Positions 45,473-56,390 of a stretch of DNA of 64,000 bases are shown here, piece after piece; position 1 is the stretch's first letter; each line of letters starts with the position of its first letter. A program made the position numbers and the translations under genes. The stretch lies in assembly GCF_024400915.1 (NCBI RefSeq), contig NZ_JAKSLX010000014.1; one strand, written 5' to 3'. This DNA comes from Treponema sp. GTDB taxonomy: Bacteria; Spirochaetota; Spirochaetia; Treponematales; Treponemataceae. The notes under the pieces were generated by a model. The model saw only the letters and a list, made by a program, of their open reading frames with translations. It did no database searches and had not been told where the DNA came from.

Positions 45473-48400
45473 ATGAAAATCACCAAGATAGAAATCGAAA
45501 ACATAAACTCCCTCAAAGGAAAATGGACAATAGATTTTGCGCACCCGGATTACGAGAAGAACCATAACCTTTTTGTTATTTGTGGTGATACAGGTGCCGG
45601 AAAGACCACAATCCTTGATGCGATCACCCTCGCTCTTTATGGAAGGACTCCTAGACAGACAAGCTTCTCTTCTCAGAATGAATTGATGACCCGCCATACC
45701 ACAAAATGCTCGGCCCGTGTTACCTATGAATGCAGGCAAGGACGGTTCACATCAGAATTTTCCCAGAGAAGGGCCAGAGATAAGCTGGATGGAAATCTTA
45801 GCGCAGCCCAGGGAAGAATCGTCAATCTTGATACAAACGAAGAATTTTCAAATCTCGCCCAAAGTTCCTTGCAGAAAAAGACCAGCGAAATTATCCAGCT
45901 GGATTACGACCAGTTCTGCCGTTCAATCATGCTTGCCCAGGGACAGTTTGACGATTTTATAAAAGGAGATCCAAGATCAAAAGCCGGGATTCTCGCAAAA
46001 CTGAACGGAACAGAAAACTACAAGCTTTTTGCCAACAGGCTCTGGATGACCGGTAAACAGAAAATCGCTGAATATGATGAAAACAGAAAACAGCTTGATG
46101 GAATGAAAATTCTTACTCCAGAAGAGGTCGAGTCCAAAAATAAGGATATTGAGATCAAGAATGAAGAGATTATTTCAATCCAAAAAGAAATGGACAGGAA
46201 TACAGAAAATATTGCCTGGCTGGAAAAGCTTGCTGATCTGAATGAAAAGCTCAAAGAGGCGGAAAACCGTCGAGAAGAATTCGAACAGGATGAGATTTGT
46301 TTTAACGAGAAAAAAGGTTTGCTGGAGACTTCAGAAAAATCAAGAAACTGTGAGGCTTTTTACGCAAGCTTCAATCAAATTCGTGAAAGTCAGAAGGCAG
46401 ATGAAGATTTCTTGAAGGAAAATGGTCCACATCTTGCAGAGCTGGAAAAAGCAGTTGCTGATGCAAAGCTTGAAACCGGCAAGAAAGAATCTGAGCTAAA
46501 GGCTTTGAAGGAAAAAGAGGATTCCTGCCGTGAAACCTGGAACAAAGTGCGGGCATTGGATGAAAAAATCTCATCAAATTCAGAATCCCTTGGGGAAGCC
46601 GAAAAACGGGTTGAAGAAGCCAACAAAGAACTGGCAGAGAAAACAAAGAAATTTGATGGCCTAAAGAAAGATGTGGAAATTCTCAGTGAAGAAATCAGTC
46701 AGCTGGAAGAATATATCCAGGAAAATGAAAAAGACGGAAAACTGGAAGGTTTGGTTTCCGCCCTTGAAATCCTGAAAAAAAATCTGAATGGATATGAACA
46801 TGCAGTTGATTCAAAGCATTCGGAAAAGAAGGATGCCGCCGCAGAGATTGAGTCATCAGAAAAGAAGATAACGGAAGCTTCAGTAAAAATAGAAGAACTG
46901 AATCTGGCTCTTAAAGAACTGGTCAATACTGAATATGTCGCTGTTTCACTTCTGCTTCGAAAAGGATTGGAAAAAGGTAAATCCTGTCCAATATGCGGCT
47001 CAAAGGATCATCCTGCCTGCGAACACGAAGAAGATGCTTCGGAAATGGATTCCGGAACCCAGAAGGTTGGAATGGACATTTCTGAATTGAACAGGAAAAT
47101 CGAATCAGAAGAGCAGACAAAAGCTGAGGCAGAAAGATTAAAGACTGAGGCTGCAGGAACGATTGTGCGGCTTGAGAAAGAAATTTCAGAATTGGAGGAA
47201 AAGATTGATTGTGAAATTTCTGAGATGAATGAAAAGATCCTTCCTTGGGAAAAATCTGTGAGCAGACAGAATTCCAGACAGCAGATTTCAGATATCATTG
47301 ATGAATTCCAAGTTAAGCAGGAGCAGCTGAAAACAAAATCAGAAAAGCTCACCAAGAAAAGGAACGAAAAAACGGCGGCTGAATCTGCATTGGCGGAAAT
47401 CGATGTTGCAGCCTTGAATCGCAGGGTGGATGAGGAAAACGGAAAAAAATGTGAGATCCAGCAATTGCTGAACCTAATTCTTGAAGAAAGGAAGGATCTG
47501 TTTGAGGACAAAGATGTGGACTCCGAAGAAAAGGAATTCAATGGGAAATTAAAGAAAGCCTCAATGGAATTTGATGATGCCAAAGAGGAAACTGCAAGAA
47601 TTTCAAATGAAATGTCGGGACTTCAGGGACAGATCACAAAATGCAGAAATAACATTGAGTCCAGAAAAGAAGAATACGAAAAATCCGAAAAGACATTCCT
47701 GGAGGCCTTAAAGAAAAACGGTTTTGCAGATGAGGCGGAATTCTTAGGAAGCAGAATCAGCGAAGAAGCTTTGGCTGCTCTTAAGAAAGAAAAAGAGGAT
47801 ATCGCCAGAAGGGATGCGGAAACCATCACTACTGTAAATTCCTGCAAGAAAGAGAAGGAAGATTGCGCAAAGCTGAACAAAACAAATTCTTCTCTTGATG
47901 AACTGCAGAAAATCAAGAATGAACTGGTGGATAAAAAAGACAGCCTGAACAAAGAGATTGGATCGATCAACAACGAGCTTGCGGTCAATGATGAAAATAA
48001 GACCATCTATGACGAGAAAAAAGCGATTGTCGATGGATTGTATGAGGAGAAAGTATTCTGGGAGCAGATCCAGAGATTTGTTGGAAAGCAGGATGGCAGC
48101 GACTTTGAGGTCTTTGTTGAAGCCCTTGCATTCAAGAATCTTCTGCTGAAGGCGAACAAATATGTTTTTGCGATTACGGGAAGATATACCCTTGTTCAGA
48201 AAGAAGGCCAGGTGGATTTTCTTGTGCATGATGTGAACTATCCTGACGCAAAGGATGACAGGCCTGTCTCGAACATGAGTGGTGGAGAAAAATTCATAAT
48301 CAGCCTTTCTCTTGCTTTGGGTATCGCAGAATTGGCCAGCAGAAATGTGCAGGTTGATTCTCTGTTCCTTGATGAAGGATTTGGAACATTAAGTGGACAG

Positions 48401-48571
48401 CCTTTGGTCGAGGCGATAAATGCCCTTAAATCTTTGCAGAGCAGTGGAAAGATGCTGGGTATAATCACCCATGTAAATGATGTGATAAGGGAATTTGATC
48501 AGAAAATCGCTGCGGTCAGAACGGATGGCGGAGTCAGTGAATTGATTGGTTCTGGAGTCAGCCGAGGATAA
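45473..48571 (+). CDS. sbcC: exonuclease SbcCD, ATPase subunit C
   Basis: Walker A GDTGAGKTT, a long coiled coil with the zinc hook CPICG, the signature MSGGEKF and Walker B LFLDEGF. The ATG directly follows the sbcD TAA. Confidence 0.9.
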   Translation: MKITKIEIENINSLKGKWTIDFAHPDYEKNHNLFVICGDTGAGKTTILDAITLALYGRTPRQTSFSSQNELMTRHTTKCSARVTYECRQGRFTSEFSQRRARDKLDGNLSAAQGRIVNLDTNEEFSNLAQSSLQKKTSEIIQLDYDQFCRSIMLAQGQFDDFIKGDPRSKAGILAKLNGTENYKLFANRLWMTGKQKIAEYDENRKQLDGMKILTPEEVESKNKDIEIKNEEIISIQKEMDRNTENIAWLEKLADLNEKLKEAENRREEFEQDEICFNEKKGLLETSEKSRNCEAFYASFNQIRESQKADEDFLKENGPHLAELEKAVADAKLETGKKESELKALKEKEDSCRETWNKVRALDEKISSNSESLGEAEKRVEEANKELAEKTKKFDGLKKDVEILSEEISQLEEYIQENEKDGKLEGLVSALEILKKNLNGYEHAVDSKHSEKKDAAAEIESSEKKITEASVKIEELNLALKELVNTEYVAVSLLLRKGLEKGKSCPICGSKDHPACEHEEDASEMDSGTQKVGMDISELNRKIESEEQTKAEAERLKTEAAGTIVRLEKEISELEEKIDCEISEMNEKILPWEKSVSRQNSRQQISDIIDEFQVKQEQLKTKSEKLTKKRNEKTAAESALAEIDVAALNRRVDEENGKKCEIQQLLNLILEERKDLFEDKDVDSEEKEFNGKLKKASMEFDDAKEETARISNEMSGLQGQITKCRNNIESRKEEYEKSEKTFLEALKKNGFADEAEFLGSRISEEALAALKKEKEDIARRDAETITTVNSCKKEKEDCAKLNKTNSSLDELQKIKNELVDKKDSLNKEIGSINNELAVNDENKTIYDEKKAIVDGLYEEKVFWEQIQRFVGKQDGSDFEVFVEALAFKNLLLKANKYVFAITGRYTLVQKEGQVDFLVHDVNYPDAKDDRPVSNMSGGEKFIISLSLALGIAELASRNVQVDSLFLDEGFGTLSGQPLVEAINALKSLQSSGKMLGIITHVNDVIREFDQKIAAVRTDGGVSELIGSGVSRG

Positions 48572-48637
48572 AATTTATCTTTAAAATTGCCATTTTGAGA
48601 ATTCTTACTATATTAAGTGTACTCAAAGGGGCAATAT

Positions 48638-50794
48638 ATGAATAATTTATCAAATTCAATCTTAAATTCTATCATTGAAATCTCGGAAAAATGCAAGGAC
48701 AGTGGACTTTCAGAAAATGTGGTATGCGAAATTGAACCACAGCTGGAATCGCTGTCTGAAAGTCTTCATATCGAAAAAGAAATTGAGGTCATCTTCTTTG
48801 CGTTGATTTTTGCGCTTCAGAATCAGTACAACGACTCTGTGAACCTTCATCAGATCGCCGATTTCTTGGATTATCCATTTCTCCATATACTTGAATATCG
48901 TAAGGCTTTAGATGTTTTGGAAGAGAAGAGCCTCATCTATATGTGCTCCAGAAACAATGCAGGCAATCAATCTGAAAACAATGGCTACAAAGTTATGAAG
49001 AGTGTCTCAAATTGTATCATCGATGGAACTCCAATTGTGGAAGTCGGTGCAAAAGAAAGAAGTCTTGAGGAAGTGATTTGCGAGGTACTTAATATTGGGG
49101 ACTGCTATCGTGAAGACTACATGGATGTCACTGAATATACGCGACAAATAATCGCATTTGAGAAAAAATATAAGGAAATTGGGCTGATAAAGAATATTAC
49201 AGAACGGTTTCCTGATGAAATTGACAGCAGAATCCTCCTTTATTTCTATTGTTACTCTGTGATTTTTGGAGAGCCTTTTTGCGAATCAAACAGCAGAAAT
49301 TCAAGACGAGGCCCAATAGCCTGCGGTTTTATTCCTAATCCTCAAAGAATCGGCAGAAGAAAGGCCCTTACTAAAGGAGATGACATCCTGTTGAAGGAAG
49401 GGTACTTGGAAAAATTCTATACGGAAGATCTGAATTCCATGAGAGACGAATTTTATGTTGATTACAGGCTGACAAAAAAAGGTCTGAATCAGTTTTTTGG
49501 TTCAAGTGCTGATTCATACACAGTGGAAAGCGAAGATTTATCGGAATTGGACCAGACAGTCAATGCAATCAGAGATTTTGCCCGCATTTACGAAAACAGT
49601 TCGGGAGGCGTTGAGAAATACAGAAATTTGGAAGAAAGCGAAACTGAATCAATCATCAAATTTGAATATTTCAAAAAAATTAAAACCTTGGTTCCTAACG
49701 CTTTTGACCGCTGGCTTTATATTGATTGTGTGAACGACTTTATTGTGGGTTATAAAAGCGGATTGACTCATACGGTCAAGGACCTTCACGGACGTAGCCC
49801 AAAATATTTCCAGACAATCAGAAGCTTTATTGATGAAAAGCATTTTCTGCAGGAAGCAGGTCTTCTTGAAATAGAGAAGGAAGAGGTTGTGGACAAAGCA
49901 AAAATCGTCCTTACAGATAAATCCATAGAATTGCTTTATGGCGAGAATGCTGACATCTACAAAGTCAAGAAGAATTCTTCCAATATCATGGAGCCTGAAT
50001 CCCTTGTAGAAAAGGCACTGTTCTATACAGAAGATATGCAGGACCAGATCGAAATGCTCGGTCAAAGCCTGGAACAGAAGAATCTTGATGCAATCCAGGC
50101 TCGGCTTGAATCAAAGGGACTTTCCAAAGGATTTGCGGCAATCTTGTATGGCGCTCCAGGCACCGGAAAGACAGAAACCGTAATCCAGCTGGCAAAAAGG
50201 ACCAACAGAAAAATTCTGCATGTGGATATTTCTGAGTCAAAGTCAATGTGGTTTGGAGAGAGCGAAAAGCTTATCAAGAAAATTTTCACTGATTACAGGT
50301 CATTGTGTAAATCCTGCAAGAATCGCGGGGAAAATACACCTATTCTGTTGTTCAACGAGGCGGATGCCCTGATCTGCAAAAGAAACAAGCTGGAAGGTGG
50401 CGGAACCCGTCAGACAGAAAATGCGATGCAGAACATTCTGCTGGAGGAGATGGAAAAGCTTGATGGAATCATGATTGCCACAACCAACCTTTCTGAGAAT
50501 ATGGATGCCGCTTTTGAAAGACGTTTCCTGTTCAAGATAAAGTATTCAAAACCAGACGTTGAGGTCAGAAGCAAAATCTGGATGAACAAGATAAAGTCTT
50601 TGTCTGATGAAGATGCCTGTGCTCTTGCAAAGGATTTTGATTTCAGTGGTGGGGAGATTGATAACATAGTCCGCAAAAGTGAGATTGATGAAATCATCAC
50701 CGGAATCCGTCCTGCTTATGGCCGCCTTTTTGAGCTTTGCCAGAAAGAACGCCTTGAGAAAACTGGAAGCAAGGTGATGGGTTTTGCGGTCTAG
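48638..50794 (+). CDS. AAA+ ATPase with a ~470-aa uncharacterised N-terminal region
   Basis: C-terminal classical AAA module (GAPGTGKTE, LLFNEADAL, TTNL, FERRF). Start moved to ATG 48638 (AAGGGG upstream). Confidence 0.8.
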   Translation: MNNLSNSILNSIIEISEKCKDSGLSENVVCEIEPQLESLSESLHIEKEIEVIFFALIFALQNQYNDSVNLHQIADFLDYPFLHILEYRKALDVLEEKSLIYMCSRNNAGNQSENNGYKVMKSVSNCIIDGTPIVEVGAKERSLEEVICEVLNIGDCYREDYMDVTEYTRQIIAFEKKYKEIGLIKNITERFPDEIDSRILLYFYCYSVIFGEPFCESNSRNSRRGPIACGFIPNPQRIGRRKALTKGDDILLKEGYLEKFYTEDLNSMRDEFYVDYRLTKKGLNQFFGSSADSYTVESEDLSELDQTVNAIRDFARIYENSSGGVEKYRNLEESETESIIKFEYFKKIKTLVPNAFDRWLYIDCVNDFIVGYKSGLTHTVKDLHGRSPKYFQTIRSFIDEKHFLQEAGLLEIEKEEVVDKAKIVLTDKSIELLYGENADIYKVKKNSSNIMEPESLVEKALFYTEDMQDQIEMLGQSLEQKNLDAIQARLESKGLSKGFAAILYGAPGTGKTETVIQLAKRTNRKILHVDISESKSMWFGESEKLIKKIFTDYRSLCKSCKNRGENTPILLFNEADALICKRNKLEGGGTRQTENAMQNILLEEMEKLDGIMIATTNLSENMDAAFERRFLFKIKYSKPDVEVRSKIWMNKIKSLSDEDACALAKDFDFSGGEIDNIVRKSEIDEIITGIRPAYGRLFELCQKERLEKTGSKVMGFAV

Positions 50795-50869
50795 AAAATA
50801 GATAGAATTCTAAGTTTATGGATAAAATTTTATAAGGGATTGTTGTTAAAAAGATTTTGATTTTTTGGT

Positions 50870-51814
50870 ATGCTCAGAATGATGTTTACAACAATCCTAA
50901 TTCTGGTAATCGGAATTTCAATTCTATTCATAAGCTTGGCATGTAACGGAGTCATCGACCTGTCGGTGAAATATGCCATTTTCATTTCGGCTTTCACGAT
51001 CATAATCACTCTTATTCAATTTGTTGCTCATCGATATCTTAAAAATAAGAATAAGAAAACTGTCGCCAAGACTGTGGAATATATGGACAAGGTCATTGCT
51101 GAACTAAGCGAGAACCAGTTTTATCTTATGGAATTCGTGGCACAGATTCTTGGTAGCCACGATCTTTTTACAGGACGACATGTAATCCATACCCAGTCTT
51201 ATGTTGAGCTGATTGCGCTTAAATTGCGTGAACTGGGTTATTATCAGGAAGAGCTGACTGACCGGACGATCAAGAACATGAAGACCGCCGCATTCCTCCA
51301 TGACATCGGAAAGATTCATATTCCGGAGGGAATCCTGAACAAGAATGGAAAATTCACTGATGAGGAATTCCAGCTTATGCGCTGCCATCCGGAAGAAGGC
51401 GCCAAGCTCATAGATTTTCTTCCTTTGGTTGATGATGGCGAATTCAACAAAATCGCAGAGGAAATGACCTTGTGCCATCACGAAAAATGGGATGGTACAG
51501 GATATCCTTATCACCTGAAGGGAAACGAAATTCCTCTTTCCGCAAGAATCATGGCAGGCGCGGATGTTCTGGATGCTCTTTTGAGCCGCCGCCTCTATAA
51601 ATCCCCAGTTCCAATCACCGATGCGATTGAAAAATTCAAGATGGCTTCAGGCACACATTTTGAGCCATGCATTGTTGAGGCGGTAATTGCGCTTCAGGAT
51701 CAGATCGATGAGGTTGACCGTATTTTCAAGGAAACCGAAGCCGCCACAAATGAGGAAGAGCTTGCCTGGTGGGATAATTATCACGAGATGATTGAACGGG
51801 GAAGCAAACAGTAA
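50870..51814 (+). CDS. HD-GYP domain c-di-GMP phosphodiesterase, membrane-anchored
   Basis: Motifs HDIGK and HHEKWDGTGYP. Two N-terminal TM segments. Confidence 0.85.
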   Translation: MLRMMFTTILILVIGISILFISLACNGVIDLSVKYAIFISAFTIIITLIQFVAHRYLKNKNKKTVAKTVEYMDKVIAELSENQFYLMEFVAQILGSHDLFTGRHVIHTQSYVELIALKLRELGYYQEELTDRTIKNMKTAAFLHDIGKIHIPEGILNKNGKFTDEEFQLMRCHPEEGAKLIDFLPLVDDGEFNKIAEEMTLCHHEKWDGTGYPYHLKGNEIPLSARIMAGADVLDALLSRRLYKSPVPITDAIEKFKMASGTHFEPCIVEAVIALQDQIDEVDRIFKETEAATNEEELAWWDNYHEMIERGSKQ

Positions 51815-51867
51815 AAAGCTTTGGCCAGGTAGTAGTATTTTATTTCAAGTTATAGGAAAATGGAAAT

Positions 51868-52620
51868 ATGATCAGAACAATTTTTAGGATAATAAAAGTA
51901 ATATGCTGGATGCTTATTCGTGGCAAATGGCTTAGACTTGCAAAAAAATATGATAGACAGGGCAACATTGAAGCCCGAGATAAAATCGTTCATGAAAAGG
52001 TTCCTTTATGGGCTCGCTATGTAGTTCAGCAATGTCCTGCAGAGGTGGAAGTCATTGGTGAAGAAAAAATCCCACAGGATCGGGCTGTAGTCTTTATCGC
52101 AAATCATCAGAGCAACATGGATATCCCGGTTCTCCTGGGCTATATCGATAAGCTCATGTGTTTTGTTGCAAAGGCTGAGCTTTCAAAGATTCCTCTTCTT
52201 TATGATTGGATGAAGATGCTGCAGTGTACATTCATGGACAGAAAGAGTCCAAGATCTGCGGTAAAGGCGATGCATGATGCCGTTGACGGATTGAAGAAAG
52301 GCTATTCCCAGATGATTTTCCCTGAAGGAACAAGAAGCCGTGGCGGTGAACATCATGAATTCAAGGCCGGCAGCTTTAAGCTGGCATTCATGGCGGAAGC
52401 AACCATTGTTCCAGTCACAATTGATGGAACCTGGCGTTTGCTGGAAGAAAAAGGGGTGATGAGCAAGGGGAAAGTTACCGTCACAATTCATGATCCTATT
52501 GTGACAGCTGGCATGTCAAAGGACGAGATGAAGGAGCTTCCTCCAAAAATTGAACAGATTTGCTGCGCTGCTCTTCCTCCACCTAGGGAACTTCCTGCAA
52601 AGAAAAGAGGATTATTTTAA
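51868..52620 (+). CDS. plsC: 1-acyl-sn-glycerol-3-phosphate acyltransferase
   Basis: Acyltransferase motifs NHQSNMD (HX4D) and FPEGTRS. Confidence 0.85.
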   Translation: MIRTIFRIIKVICWMLIRGKWLRLAKKYDRQGNIEARDKIVHEKVPLWARYVVQQCPAEVEVIGEEKIPQDRAVVFIANHQSNMDIPVLLGYIDKLMCFVAKAELSKIPLLYDWMKMLQCTFMDRKSPRSAVKAMHDAVDGLKKGYSQMIFPEGTRSRGGEHHEFKAGSFKLAFMAEATIVPVTIDGTWRLLEEKGVMSKGKVTVTIHDPIVTAGMSKDEMKELPPKIEQICCAALPPPRELPAKKRGLF

Positions 52621-52729
52621 TAAATTTTCTTTATAAATCAAAATAAACTACATAACCGAAAAGATTACACCATTAATAAATAAAATGTTATGTTATAATT
52701 GTCTGAATAATATTTTGGTGGAGAAGGTT

Positions 52730-54781
52730 ATGAGCAAACGAAGATCCCTAGCTTTTAAATGTACGGCCATTGTAATTCTTGCCTATATCGCTATTACTGT
52801 AATTTCTTCTGGCATTCTTACAAAAATCCTCAAGTCGAAAATTTCGACAGAAACTGAAAAAAATTGTTATGCATTAACACAGTCATATTCTGAAGCAATC
52901 GCGGCAAAAATATCCCAGATTTGTGGACAGCTTACGGGCTATACCGTTTCTGAAGTGATCGCTTCTGGTGATCCTGATGAAATCCTGCCATGGTTCCTGG
53001 ATAATCGTTCTTTGCGTCCTGCCGACTGTGATTACATTGCTTATGTTAATAGAGAAGGTCAGATGTATGCAGAATCTGGCTCGATCACAAATGTTAAGGA
53101 TACTGATTTCTATAACGCCATCTTTAAAAAGAAATTCAGAGAATATGCAAGTACTTCCATAACTTCTGCGATTTCAGGAAAAACATCGATATTCATCTGT
53201 AAGGCTGTTCTTGAGAATGGTGCTGCCCAGGGATTCATCGCAAACAGCGTAAATGCCGGAATCATTCAGGATGCCTTTGAGAAATTTGATTTGTATGACG
53301 GAAAGGCTGTGATTACCTGTGGTGAGGAATTTATTACTTCTGCAGATAACCGTAAGGATGGTTATGAAATCCTCAAACAAGAAAATACTGTAATCGCAGA
53401 AAGCGACTATGGCAATTGGATCAAGCTTGATGAAACCGGTGAAGAATATTTTGTTACAAGCCAGAAGATTCAAGGTTCAAACTGGGTTTTGAATTTCATT
53501 GTTTCCAGCTCATCGATCACAAGTCTTGGAAACACAATCGCAATCACACAGATCGAGACAAGCATTATCCTGGTGATTTTGCTTTCAATCATAATCATGT
53601 TGATTATCAGCAGTTCCCTTAAGCCTCTCAAGATTGTTTCAAGATCAATCAATGAAATCGCCAGCGGAAGTGCGGATTTGACTAAACGAATTGAAATGAA
53701 GGGCTCTCATCTTGATGAAGTTGGACAGGTTGTCGACGGATTTAATATGTTCAGCGAGAAACTTCAGTCAATCATCGCTGCAATTAAGGATTCAAAGGAG
53801 AAGCTGTCCGGAACAGGCCGCAAACTCATTGATTCCACAAATGATACTTCAATCGCAATCGATAAGGTAATCGCAAACATCGACAATGTTGGTCATAGCA
53901 TTGAAGGCCAGTCTCAGAGCGTCGATGAGACTTCGGAGACAATCAATCAGATTTCAGAAAACATCCAGGCTCTCAGTCAGCTGGTTGAAGGACAGGTTAG
54001 TTCTGTTGCCCAGGCTAGTAGCTCAGTAGAAGAGATGATCGGCAACATTAATTCCGTAAACAAAACCGTGGAATCTATGAGTAATGCTTTTGCTGTACTT
54101 AACAAAAACTCTGCTGACAGTATTTCCAAGCAGACGATTGCCTATAACATGATCAAGGAAGTTGAGGATGAATCCCAGATATTGCTTCAGGCAAACGAAG
54201 TTATATCTGCAATTGCCGAACAGACTAATCTTCTTGCCATGAATGCCGCAATTGAGGCTGCCCATGCAGGTGACAGCGGTAAAGGCTTCAGTGTTGTTGC
54301 TGACGAAATCAGAAAGCTTTCTGAAAGTTCCGCTGAACAGACTGAAACAATCGGTAAGCAGCTGGAAAAAATCACAAATACAATTACCGCTGTTGTAAAT
54401 ACATCCCAGGAAGCACAGATTGCATTGTCTTCTGTTTCTGATGGTCTTGCAAACACAAATTCTCTTGTTCAGGAAATCACTCAGGCGATGATGGAGCAGG
54501 AAGTCGGTTCAAAGCAGATCATCGAAGCACTTAAGGTAATGAATGATTCAACCAGCGATGTAAGTTCCGCATCTGTTGTCATGAACAATGAAACAAAGAA
54601 AATCTACGAAGGTGTAAATTCCCTCAAGGAAAATTCAAATACCATGAAGGAAGCCATGGTGGACATGAGTAGCGGTGTAAGATTGATCAACGAAGCCGGC
54701 AATGAACTCCATTCACTTTCCGACCTTGTCAATGCTTCAATCATGGATATTGGAATTCAGGTTGATAAATTCAAGAGCTAG
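52730..54781 (+). CDS. methyl-accepting chemotaxis protein with a Cache-like sensor
   Basis: Core [34 protein letters not shown] periplasmic domain lies between two TM segments, followed by HAMP. Start moved to ATG 52730 (GGAGAAGG upstream). Confidence 0.9.
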   Translation: MSKRRSLAFKCTAIVILAYIAITVISSGILTKILKSKISTETEKNCYALTQSYSEAIAAKISQICGQLTGYTVSEVIASGDPDEILPWFLDNRSLRPADCDYIAYVNREGQMYAESGSITNVKDTDFYNAIFKKKFREYASTSITSAISGKTSIFICKAVLENGAAQGFIANSVNAGIIQDAFEKFDLYDGKAVITCGEEFITSADNRKDGYEILKQENTVIAESDYGNWIKLDETGEEYFVTSQKIQGSNWVLNFIVSSSSITSLGNTIAITQIETSIILVILLSIIIMLIISSSLKPLKIVSRSINEIASGSADLTKRIEMKGSHLDEVGQVVDGFNMFSEKLQSIIAAIKDSKEKLSGTGRKLIDSTNDTSIAIDKVIANIDNVGHSIEGQSQSVDETSETINQISENIQALSQLVEGQVSSVAQASSSVEEMIGNINSVNKTVESMSNAFAVLNKNSADSISKQTIAYNMIKEVEDESQILLQANEVISAIAEQTNLLAMNAAIEAAHAGDSGKGFSVVADEIRKLSESSAEQTETIGKQLEKITNTITAVVNTSQEAQIALSSVSDGLANTNSLVQEITQAMMEQEVGSKQIIEALKVMNDSTSDVSSASVVMNNETKKIYEGVNSLKENSNTMKEAMVDMSSGVRLINEAGNELHSLSDLVNASIMDIGIQVDKFKS

Positions 54782-54813
54782 TTTTTATTTTGTGTTATAA
54801 TCATATCTGTAAA

Positions 54814-55626
54814 ATGGACAGATTCTTTATAAACGGAAAAAAACAGGCCCAGCCTGCAGCTACAGTAAAACTCACTCAAAAAGATTTCGAGAACAATGAT
54901 TGCATCAGCGTCTACTGGTTAGGTGGAGGCGGTGCAATGATAAATTCCTTTGGAACAATCCTTCTTCTGGATCCGTTGCTGAAAGGTTTTGACATGCCGC
55001 TCCTGATTGATTATGTGGCAGATATCGGAATCATCAAGCATGTGGATGGTTATTTTGTTACCCATGTCGACAACGACCATTTTTCACGGGATACATTGCG
55101 GGATTTGGCTTCGGTCACTGATGAAGTCCACAGTTCCCATTACGTCGCCTCTTTGATGAAAGAGGAATGTGGCGTTGATGCTGTTGGTCATACCTGGCAT
55201 AATCTGGTGAAGATAAATGATGTTACAGTGGAATTTACTCCCGCCGATCACAACTGGCAAAGCGAACTGGAAGAATTCAATTACAGAATCTGGGATAAAA
55301 AAGAATACAGCGGATTTTATATAAGAACCCATGGAAAGAAAATCTGGATGGTTGGCGATTCCCGTCTCATGGATGAACAGCTTGAAATGGAACAGCCGGA
55401 TGTGATCCTCTTTGATTTTTCCGACAACGAGTTCCATATCGGGCTTAAGAACGCCATCAGGCTTGCCAATACCTATTCGGAGTCAAAGCTCGTGCTGATT
55501 CACTGGGGTACGGTTGATGCCCCTGAAATGAGTCCGTTCAATGGAAATCCTCAGGACATTTTGGATAATGTTATGAATCCGGAAAGGGTAGTGATCTTGA
55601 ATCCAGGGGAAGAATTCAGGTTGTAG
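54814..55626 (+). CDS. MBL-fold metallo-hydrolase (UlaG-like)
   Basis: Motif FVTHVDNDHF and the overall beta-lactamase-fold pattern. Start moved to ATG 54814. Confidence 0.6.
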   Translation: MDRFFINGKKQAQPAATVKLTQKDFENNDCISVYWLGGGGAMINSFGTILLLDPLLKGFDMPLLIDYVADIGIIKHVDGYFVTHVDNDHFSRDTLRDLASVTDEVHSSHYVASLMKEECGVDAVGHTWHNLVKINDVTVEFTPADHNWQSELEEFNYRIWDKKEYSGFYIRTHGKKIWMVGDSRLMDEQLEMEQPDVILFDFSDNEFHIGLKNAIRLANTYSESKLVLIHWGTVDAPEMSPFNGNPQDILDNVMNPERVVILNPGEEFRL

Positions 55627-55737
55627 TCCCGATTGGCTTGATTCTGTCTTCCTTTACAGATGTATTTTTTAATTAAATAATTTAATTTTCAAATTTGCCA
55701 CATTCAATATACAATGGTTATATTCAGGAGTATGACC

Positions 55738-56256
55738 ATGAACAGAAATCCAAAATCCTTGATTCTTATTTTTGCCCTGATGATTTTTTCCATCAGCTCC
55801 ATGTCTGCCCAGTTTAAAGTGCAGTTTGATGCAAGGGACATAAACAATGAGGTCGTGACAGATTCCGTTTTCTCAAAGACCAAGGTGACTATGATCAATG
55901 TATGGGGAACCTTTTGCGGACCATGCATCGCAGAGATGCCGGACTTAGGGATCCTGAACAAGGAATACGGCGAAAAGGATTTTCAGGTGGTTGGTATTGT
56001 TATAGATGCCCTGAACAGAAAAGGAACTCCTGATGCCAAAATGATTGAGACCGCAAGAAAGATCGTGAAGCAGACTGATGCAGATTATGTTCATGTTGTT
56101 CCTGACGCAAAGCTTATGAATGGGATCCTTAGAGGCATATATGCGGTTCCAACCACAATATTTGTGGATTCCAATGGAATTGTGATCGGTCAGGTTTACA
56201 CAGGCAGCAGAAGCCTGAAAGACTGGAAGAAGATTGTGGACGGCCTGTTAAGATGA
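55738..56256 (+). CDS. TlpA-family thiol-disulfide oxidoreductase, secreted
   Basis: Signal peptide, then WGTFCGPC (CxxC). AGGAG upstream. Confidence 0.8.
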   Translation: MNRNPKSLILIFALMIFSISSMSAQFKVQFDARDINNEVVTDSVFSKTKVTMINVWGTFCGPCIAEMPDLGILNKEYGEKDFQVVGIVIDALNRKGTPDAKMIETARKIVKQTDADYVHVVPDAKLMNGILRGIYAVPTTIFVDSNGIVIGQVYTGSRSLKDWKKIVDGLLR

Positions 56257-56390
56257 TCAGAAAATTTGTTCCCTTTGTGATACTGGTTTTAAGCGTTTCT
56301 CTGATTGTCGCTGGCATTTTTCGTCAGGAAGCGGAATGTGTTATTGAGAAAGCCACAAAGATCTGCATGGAGTGTATAGGAATTGGCTAA
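56253..56390 (+). CDS. CD1871A-family small CXXC membrane protein (45 aa)
   Basis: Not in the ORF track. The ATG overlaps the tlpA-like TGA (ATGA). Product MIRKFVPFVILVLSVSLIVAGIFRQEAECVIEKATKICMECIGIG has one TM segment and the C-terminal CxECIGxG typical of this family (from memory). Confidence 0.65.
   Translation: MIRKFVPFVILVLSVSLIVAGIFRQEAECVIEKATKICMECIGIG

Noticed and set aside
45449-48468. Many 60-190-aa alternative-frame and antisense ORFs inside sbcC
   Set aside because: They are by-products of the long, E/K/L-rich, low-complexity coiled-coil coding region. Their products are S/F-rich nonsense.
44123-50794. sbcD, sbcC and the AAA ATPase as a novel defence system
   Set aside because: SbcD and SbcC have all canonical Mre11/Rad50-type motifs, including the zinc hook, and look like the housekeeping nuclease. 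Only the linkage of the ATPase is noted as a low-interest finding.
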